IMG/VR virus record: IMGVR_UViG_3300004088_000006
Coordinates: 1 to 31,305 of that record
DNA from: a virus
Taxonomy: Duplodnaviria > Caudoviricetes
DNA length: 31,305 nucleotides
Reading direction: 5' to 3' (one strand)
Shown here: piece after piece, positions 26,153-31,305 of the stretch
Position numbering within the stretch: the first letter of the stretch is position 1
Layout: every line of letters starts with the position of its first letter
Made by a program: the position numbers and the translations under genes
The notes under the pieces: generated by a model
Seen by the model: the letters and a program-made list of their open reading frames with translations, nothing else
The model's database searches: none
What the model was told of the DNA's origin: nothing

Positions 26153-26401
26153 ATGACGGTCTATGTTGACGATAAGATGATGTCCTACGGTCGCATGAAG
26201 ATGTGCCACGTTGGAGCAGACACCACCGAAGAACTGCTGGAGATGATGGACAAGCTGAAAATTGATCGGCAACATATCCAGTTCGCAGGCACCTGGAAAG
26301 AGCACTTTGATGTCTCTCAAGCGAAGCGTCGGCAAGCCATCGCGCTAGGCGCAAAAGAGGTTACGAGCAAAGAGCTGATCAGGATATTGCGTGACAAATA
26401 G
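26153..26401 (+). CDS. DUF4031-family protein
   Basis: MTVYVDD...MCHVGADTTEEL...EHFDV..KRRQAIALGA signature; GGAGG RBS. Confidence 0.8.
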   Translation: MTVYVDDKMMSYGRMKMCHVGADTTEELLEMMDKLKIDRQHIQFAGTWKEHFDVSQAKRRQAIALGAKEVTSKELIRILRDK

Positions 26402-26472
26402 ACTTTGTCTTCACCTGCCTCGCGGGTTACTGTATGGCATACGGCAACCCTAACCAAGAGGTGAATTCAATG
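26393..26472 (+). promoter_or_regulatory. Early promoter/leader cassette 4
   Basis: Perfect GACAA-N7-TTGTC; TTGTCT-17-TACTGT; GCAACCCTAACCAAGAGGTGAATTCAATG. Confidence 0.75.
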
Positions 26473-26796
26473 TCTCGTCGCTACAATGAGAAACAAGTCC
26501 ATCGCGCGAACTGCAACGGTGTGATCATCACCGTGATGAAGTGCTGGGCGGTCACGGAACCCGAAGAACATGCCTATTTCCTGGTCAACGCCGTCGACTC
26601 GTATGACGAGGATGGCTGGGAGCCTGATCCGCTCGAATTCGAAACCGAAGCTGAGGCCAAGAAAGCCTTTGACGAACTCGTCGAAGAGTATCAGGACAAG
26701 CCGAACTGGAACGCGCAGGCCGTGTATGACGAGGCCCACGGCACGATCAATGGGGAAGACCCCGGCATTGTCATGATGAGGGAGTTGGGCTGGTGA
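26470..26796 (+). CDS. Acidic hypothetical protein
   Basis: GAGGTG RBS within the cassette. Confidence 0.75.
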   Translation: MSRRYNEKQVHRANCNGVIITVMKCWAVTEPEEHAYFLVNAVDSYDEDGWEPDPLEFETEAEAKKAFDELVEEYQDKPNWNAQAVYDEAHGTINGEDPGIVMMRELGW

Positions 26797-27062
26797 TGAA
26801 GATCTGGTATGTTGATGTCGGGGTTGTCACAGACCCCGGCTCCAAAGTCGGCGATACAGAGTATCGCTTCATGGACCACATGGACAACCCCAGCTTCTCC
26901 TACGACTACGTGTCACTGGAGAAGGCGCTGAACGAACTTTCGCCGTGCCAGATTGTCTGGGTGCCCAAGGTGAGGCGTCGGCTGCGGGAAGTCATGCAGA
27001 TGAATGCTGAACTTCCGATGGAACAGCAAGAGATGCTGCGGCTCAAAGGTATGATCCAATGA
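26793..27062 (+). CDS. Hypothetical protein
   Basis: GTGATG overlap with the upstream stop. Confidence 0.7.
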   Translation: MMKIWYVDVGVVTDPGSKVGDTEYRFMDHMDNPSFSYDYVSLEKALNELSPCQIVWVPKVRRRLREVMQMNAELPMEQQEMLRLKGMIQ

Positions 27063-27271
27063 TCTATCGCATCGTCATTCATTGCAGAACCCTGGACGCG
27101 GCGACGAACACGTTGCCGCGTATCCGTGGCGTCGTTGCGAGGAACGATGATATCGTTGCTCGCGGCGGCTACTTGATCGAAGTTCTCACGGAACACCCGG
27201 AGAAGTTCATCGCTTCGTATTTCGAAGAGGGCTTCGACTTCACCTTCACATGTGGATTGGAGATCCAGTGA
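27059..27271 (+). CDS. Hypothetical protein
   Basis: ATGA overlap. Confidence 0.65.
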   Translation: MIYRIVIHCRTLDAATNTLPRIRGVVARNDDIVARGGYLIEVLTEHPEKFIASYFEEGFDFTFTCGLEIQ

Positions 27272-27582
27272 TGAACACGTTCTACATCGTAGCTACCGAC
27301 CGTATGTCGTGGGGTCGTGGCACCAAGGTCTGGGAGGCGCTGGGCCATGCTCTTCACCACGCTGGGCGGAGAGCCACAAAAGCTCTGCTTTTCGAGGTCA
27401 AGTGTCCCGAAGGCACCACCGAGAACGACATCTACGTCAACGAGATGGGCAGCATCGTCGCACCCAAAGGATCGGAGGTGAAAGACCTGGACACGATCCC
27501 GCTGGAGCAGATCGCGATGAACTTCTACGCATACTACGACTCTGTAGATTTTCATCTGTCAGACGAGCCTGACAATGGATAG
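27271..27582 (+). CDS. Hypothetical protein
   Basis: GGAG RBS; TGATG coupling. Confidence 0.7.
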   Translation: MNTFYIVATDRMSWGRGTKVWEALGHALHHAGRRATKALLFEVKCPEGTTENDIYVNEMGSIVAPKGSEVKDLDTIPLEQIAMNFYAYYDSVDFHLSDEPDNG

Positions 27583-27670
27583 TGTTCCGCTGATATACGG
27601 AACTTTTCGTCCAAGGTTTCCCTTGCTATGGTGTAAGGGTAACGCAACCCAGCCAAGAGGTGAAACTATG
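27571..27670 (+). promoter_or_regulatory. Early promoter/leader cassette 5
   Basis: GACAA-N7-TGTTC then GATAT-N7-TTTTCG-17-TATGGT; -10 between CCCTTGC/GTAAGGG; GCAACCCAGCCAAGAGGTGAAACTATG. Confidence 0.65.
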
Positions 27671-27997
27671 AAACTTGAGTATCTGCCGATTGAAGGCGAC
27701 ACCGACTACATCATGTATGCTTTCTACGACGAGAGCAAGAACGAGGTCATCTGGAGTGGCGTCACCAACTCGTCCTCCTACATGGACCACGTCTGCGGCA
27801 CCGAAGCCGCGCAGTTCACTGTCTGTCGCCGTGGCAAGGTCGTCATCGTGGAAGCCTGCGGGCGGTATTCGTCCGACTTCCATTACCGGATGGAGCTGAC
27901 TGAGCTACCGGATCGCGTCGTCATTCTGGCTGCTCACGCGGCAAACCTGATGGATCAGGCTTGGGATGATGAGACGCCGGTGTCGCGTGGAGAATAA
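27668..27997 (+). CDS. Hypothetical protein
   Basis: GAGGTG RBS within the cassette. Confidence 0.75.
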   Translation: MKLEYLPIEGDTDYIMYAFYDESKNEVIWSGVTNSSSYMDHVCGTEAAQFTVCRRGKVVIVEACGRYSSDFHYRMELTELPDRVVILAAHAANLMDQAWDDETPVSRGE

Positions 27998-28166
27998 GTG
28001 GTCTTGGGCTGATCCGGACCCAGAAGCTGTTGCATGGCGGAAAGCCCACAAGAAGAGGATGCGACCCTATATCTGCAAGATCGACAGACGTCCGTTGCTT
28101 ATCCGCTGGATGCCGTGGGTGCTGGCATGGTTTGCGCTGGCTCTGGTAGCCGCTGGGACGCTGTAG
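27966..28166 (+). CDS. Small protein with a C-terminal TM segment
   Basis: Basic N-terminal part followed by WMPWVLAWFALALVAAGTL; start uncertain. Confidence 0.5.
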   Translation: MMRRRCRVENKWSWADPDPEAVAWRKAHKKRMRPYICKIDRRPLLIRWMPWVLAWFALALVAAGTL

Positions 28167-28173
28167 AGACGCC

Positions 28174-28248
28174 CTCAGAGGCGCATGGACGGCCTAGCCG
28201 GGTAGTGGCCTAGTAACCCCGGCAGATGTGGCTCTGGCAGGCTCTGAG
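28174..28248. repeat. GC-rich palindromic dispersed repeat
   Basis: CTCAGAG/CTCTGAG ends and inner GCCGGG/CCCGGC; left arm aligns with 19188-19220. Confidence 0.65.
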
Positions 28249-28312
28249 TGGCAGTCCTACTCAAGCCTGACCTCCCACGCGCAAGCGTGGACCGGAGTGA
28301 CACATTATTGTC

Positions 28313-28405
28313 GGGGCAGGATATTACGAGTTTGTCCTGCCCCAGCTCTTATGCTACTCTGATGGCAAGGGCAATGGTGCCCATCAACCTGAGGTGAATT
28401 CAATG
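28313..28405 (+). promoter_or_regulatory. Early promoter/leader cassette 6
   Basis: Inverted repeat GGGGCAGGA/TCCTGCCCC; GATAT-N7-TTGTCC-17-TACTCT; CAACCTGAGGTGAATTCAATG. Confidence 0.7.
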
Positions 28406-28807
28406 GCTACCTTCCTTTCGGAAACACTCCCGGTCTATCAGTGCAAAGAGTGCCTGAACACCGGACGCGCTGAGACCTGGATCGACGATGACTACGAGGG
28501 TCTCGTGTGCGAGCATTGTGGCGTGGCGGTGAAGCACTCCCACGACGAACCGGCCGCTTACTGGAGCATCGCGGTCTACGAGACCGGGCGTTCGTATGGT
28601 GGTCCAGAAGAAGGTGGCTGGTGGTATGACACCGGATCGCGCATTGATCCGCACAAGCAGCGGGTCTTTGAAGACATGGCCGAAGCGCGGAAATACATGG
28701 ACGAGCTTCGCCAGGAATATACTGAGCAGAAGGACATCGCTGTCCGCGGCTTCACCGAGCAACTTCCGGTTCCGGGCTACCCGAACCGCCGCCCCGTCTA
28801 CTGCTGA
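28403..28807 (+). CDS. Hypothetical protein with a zinc-ribbon N-terminus
   Basis: CKEC...CEHC; YGGPEEGGWWY motif. Confidence 0.8.
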   Translation: MATFLSETLPVYQCKECLNTGRAETWIDDDYEGLVCEHCGVAVKHSHDEPAAYWSIAVYETGRSYGGPEEGGWWYDTGSRIDPHKQRVFEDMAEARKYMDELRQEYTEQKDIAVRGFTEQLPVPGYPNRRPVYC

Positions 28808-28818
28808 AGGAGAGAACC

Positions 28819-29088
28819 ATGGCAGATTGCACTCAACTCTGGTATGACGGTCGCCTGATGAACGAGATCACGTCAGGCAGCCGTTTCAAGACCATCCCCA
28901 ATGCGAAGGTGGATACACCTGAGCAGCGGGAGGAAGTCGCCAAGAACCTGATGGATGGCTGGATCCAGAACGGTTCGCTGGATCGCAGTAAGTTCGAGAT
29001 CCGGCACGCCAAGACGCAGCCGGTCGTTCTGTCCAAGATGACGAACGAAATCATCCGGAAGTCGAGGGAGAATATCGGTGTTCACTGA
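28819..29088 (+). CDS. Hypothetical protein
   Basis: AAGGAG RBS. Confidence 0.75.
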   Translation: MADCTQLWYDGRLMNEITSGSRFKTIPNAKVDTPEQREEVAKNLMDGWIQNGSLDRSKFEIRHAKTQPVVLSKMTNEIIRKSRENIGVH

Positions 29089-29329
29089 GACCCTCAAGTC
29101 CGCAATCATGCAGGTCTCCGGCGAGTGTGCTGGGGACCTGTCCTCGTCGATGTCCGAGTGTGGCGAAGATGACCTCGATTTCGCCTACTGTCTGGCCGAA
29201 GTCACTCTTGACGGAGGTCGCTTGGGTATGTTCGGTCACCCGGAAGCCCAGAGGGAGCTCGAGAAACTGTTGGAGACGAACAGTTTCTCGGACATCTGCG
29301 AAGCTGCCAAGTCAATTGTCTGCTACTGA
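29078..29329 (+). CDS. Acidic hypothetical protein
   Basis: GGGAG RBS; GTG start. Confidence 0.65.
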   Translation: MFTETLKSAIMQVSGECAGDLSSSMSECGEDDLDFAYCLAEVTLDGGRLGMFGHPEAQRELEKLLETNSFSDICEAAKSIVCY

Positions 29330-29408
29330 CAGTTGCGAGTGTTTATCCCTACCCTCGCGGCGTATGCTGTAAGGGTAGGGGTAACTTCAACCAGAGGTGA
29401 ATTCAATG
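29328..29408 (+). promoter_or_regulatory. Early promoter/leader cassette 7
   Basis: GACAG-N7-TGTTTA-17-TATGCT; inverted repeat CCCTACCCT/AGGGTAGGG around the -10; CAACCAGAGGTGAATTCAATG. Confidence 0.7.
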
Positions 29409-29585
29409 ATGACAAAAGCTCAAGCAGCAGAATTCGGTCGTTCTGTCGGATGGACAATCCGCTGGAACAGCGAGTGGGGCGAGTTTCAGTGCTTTCCGAA
29501 AGGAACTGGCATTGAACACCCGTCCGCGTATTTCACCAGCGACATCGAAGACGCCGTTGACACTCTCAGGGAGATGACGAAATGA
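29406..29585 (+). CDS. Hypothetical protein
   Basis: GAGGTG RBS within the cassette. Confidence 0.7.
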   Translation: MMTKAQAAEFGRSVGWTIRWNSEWGEFQCFPKGTGIEHPSAYFTSDIEDAVDTLREMTK

Positions 29586-29926
29586 GAGGAATACTGATAG
29601 ACCCGTGGCTCAAGCAGATCACGGAAGTGGAATGCGGGGAGGGCATCGAAGATATGTATCGGCTGATGTCCAATCCGCTTGGGCCGAAAGTGGATGTGTT
29701 CTGCATCGGTCTGTTGTGGCCCAACGGAGATGTCCTGTATGTGGACGACGAAGGGCTGCTCAAGCGTGGGATGTGCCTGTTCGATCCGGGTCGGCGCGAC
29801 CATCAGCCTCTGGCTGGCAACGGTCTGATCCTTGGGTCGGACAATGAGGGCAACAGTGTAGACGCTGAACTTCTGCTTACAGAAGTTCAGTGTCTCATCA
29901 AGTGGACAGATTTGGTGACAGCATGA
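29582..29926 (+). CDS. DUF3846-like protein
   Basis: ILIDP...LYVDDEGLL...PLAGNGLILG.D.EG pattern. Confidence 0.7.
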   Translation: MRGILIDPWLKQITEVECGEGIEDMYRLMSNPLGPKVDVFCIGLLWPNGDVLYVDDEGLLKRGMCLFDPGRRDHQPLAGNGLILGSDNEGNSVDAELLLTEVQCLIKWTDLVTA

Positions 29927-30219
29927 ACTGGGACGAATCCTCGCAGCATGTGATCAGCGAGTTCGACAAGGCGAAGCAGAAGCTCGAGATGGATATCTTT
30001 ATGGGTGTCATCGACGAGCAGGGCAAGACAGCGAGGCGAGAAGATATCCAGAATCTTCTCGCCACGATGTTCCAACTTCAGGATCAGCTGAAGTCTTTCA
30101 AGGATAGCCCCGAAACCATGATGGGAGTTCTCTCGGATATTCTCGGATTGAAGGGAGATAGGCGGAGAGAGCTGATGGAGAAAGCCAAGAACATTGAAGC
30201 CACAAGGTCCAGGTTCTGA
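29923..30219 (+). CDS. Hypothetical helical protein
   Basis: ATGA overlap. Confidence 0.7.
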   Translation: MNWDESSQHVISEFDKAKQKLEMDIFMGVIDEQGKTARREDIQNLLATMFQLQDQLKSFKDSPETMMGVLSDILGLKGDRRRELMEKAKNIEATRSRF

Positions 30220-30431
30220 TGCTGAAGTTCTGGCTCGCACTAGTTGGCTCCGTTGCGTTCTGCGCTACGGGGCCGGTCCTTGTCCTTTGGGTGGTTCATG
30301 ACCTCCCAGTAACTTGGCTCAATATCTTTCTGATCGGAGGTATCGAGTCGTTCTTCATCCTGATGGCGGTTGAACTCGCCAAGTTGGTGAAGCAGCTATG
30401 GAGTGATGCTCGTGAAACACATCATGATTGA
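30219..30431 (+). CDS. Small two-TM membrane protein
   Basis: Two hydrophobic segments; TGATG coupling. Confidence 0.65.
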   Translation: MLKFWLALVGSVAFCATGPVLVLWVVHDLPVTWLNIFLIGGIESFFILMAVELAKLVKQLWSDARETHHD

Positions 30432-30957
30432 CTTGGAAACGCTGGGCGTCGGGCACAACGTTCCCATCTTAGAGATCGGACTGACCATGTTCCATCTCCC
30501 TGCCAACGGACTTCCACCCCTGCATCTAAACATGGCGTCCAAGCAGATCGATGTGGACATCATGGACGTGATGTTCCGCACAGGGTTCTGTCCTCAGCCC
30601 GACACACTGGCTTGGTGGCGACAGCAGAGCTATGACCCGAGCCAGACGGTTGACCGAGTGAGTCTGTCCGATGCTCTATCGGAGACTGTCCGTGTCTTCC
30701 GAGAGTTTGAGCCTGAATTCGTTTGGGCGAACTCACCGTCTTTCGATCTGGTGATCCTAAGTCAGCATTTTGACGCTGTCGGAATTCCCAAGCCTTGGAA
30801 TTTCCGACAGGAGTTAGACTGGCGAACTCTCAAGTGGCTCGCCAAGCAACATGGCTTCGTTCTGCCAGATGGCGGGCCGAACCATCGTGCTGTCGATGAC
30901 AGCGATCGTCAAACTGAAATCCTGAAGGAGATGCTGCGCCATGTGCGAACTCTGTGA
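30403..30957 (+). CDS. DEDDh 3'-5' exonuclease (RNase T/DnaQ-like)
   Basis: MIDLETLG, VWANSPSFDLVIL, HRAVDD. The true start may be 30406 or 30412. Confidence 0.85.
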   Translation: MMLVKHIMIDLETLGVGHNVPILEIGLTMFHLPANGLPPLHLNMASKQIDVDIMDVMFRTGFCPQPDTLAWWRQQSYDPSQTVDRVSLSDALSETVRVFREFEPEFVWANSPSFDLVILSQHFDAVGIPKPWNFRQELDWRTLKWLAKQHGFVLPDGGPNHRAVDDSDRQTEILKEMLRHVRTL

Positions 30958-31176
30958 ACTGAAAGCCAAAGCCGACAAGAAGCGGGAGGCCTACTCGTTT
31001 CGTATCATGCAGATGCCCAAGAGGCGAAGCAGCTTGCGATCACTGCTTTCAAGGAATGTCTCGACATCGTAGAGGAACACGCCCTTGAAGTGGCGAAGGG
31101 CGGATCGGAGCGTCACATCGATCTGCCTCTCTCCCTCGACTCCATCTTCGGGCGCGGCTCTGGTAGCCTGAACTGA
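30941..31176 (+). pseudogene. Small CDS apparently split by a one-base frameshift
   Basis: MCELCELKAKADKKREA (from 30941) continues naturally in the -1 frame at 30991 as LLVSYHADAQEAKQLAITAFKECLDIVEEH...LN, stop at 31176. Confidence 0.5.
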
Positions 31177-31304
31177 GGACACTCAGACATGTCCCTCGGC
31201 TTGGGGCGTGTCAAATCCTTCGGGATAGCACGAGGCTTATTGCGAATCTGCCTCTCCGGGTAAGACTGGATTATTTTAATCCAGTCTGGCTCCATCATCA
31301 TGAG
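31113..31304 (-). CDS. Possible 3' end of a convergent gene running off the window
   Basis: Frame is open to the window edge; no recognisable motif. Confidence 0.3.
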   Translation of the reverse strand, partial: LMMMEPDWIKIIQSYPERQIRNKPRAIPKDLTRPKPRDMSECPQFRLPEPRPKMESRERGRSM

Positions 31305-31305
31305 T

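Overview
This is a 31.3-kb segment of a tailed dsDNA phage genome with almost all genes on the + strand. Gene content and order resemble YuA/M6/phiJL001-like siphophages and related roseophages; an alphaproteobacterial host is plausible but is only inference. Positions 0.3-20.5 kb form a replication and nucleotide-metabolism module: SNF2-like helicase, SSB-like protein, RecD/Dda helicase, class II ribonucleotide reductase, family A DNA polymerase, dCTP deaminase, PD-(D/E)XK nuclease, tandem-HTH protein, primase-helicase and ATP-dependent ligase. Inside it is an apparent thymidine-hypermodification cluster: aGPT-Pplase1-like protein, GT-B glycosyltransferase, dUMP hydroxymethylase-type thymidylate synthase homolog, HD hydrolase, DUF3310 protein and an FkbM-type methyltransferase. 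No P-loop 5-hmdU DNA kinase is visible, which suggests a glycosylated, possibly O-methylated, 5-hydroxymethyluracil pathway different from the characterised amino-modification routes. Positions 20.5-31.3 kb hold many small early-type genes behind repeated promoter/leader cassettes. Non-coding structure read from the sequence includes an iteron-like GTATGG cluster, a GACAA-N7-TTGTC operator-like motif over the -35 boxes, -10 boxes enclosed in inverted repeats, a family of GC-rich palindromes and a tRNA-elbow-like element. I saw no structural genes, integrase, full tRNA or CRISPR array. All family calls come from recognising motifs by eye, not from database searches.
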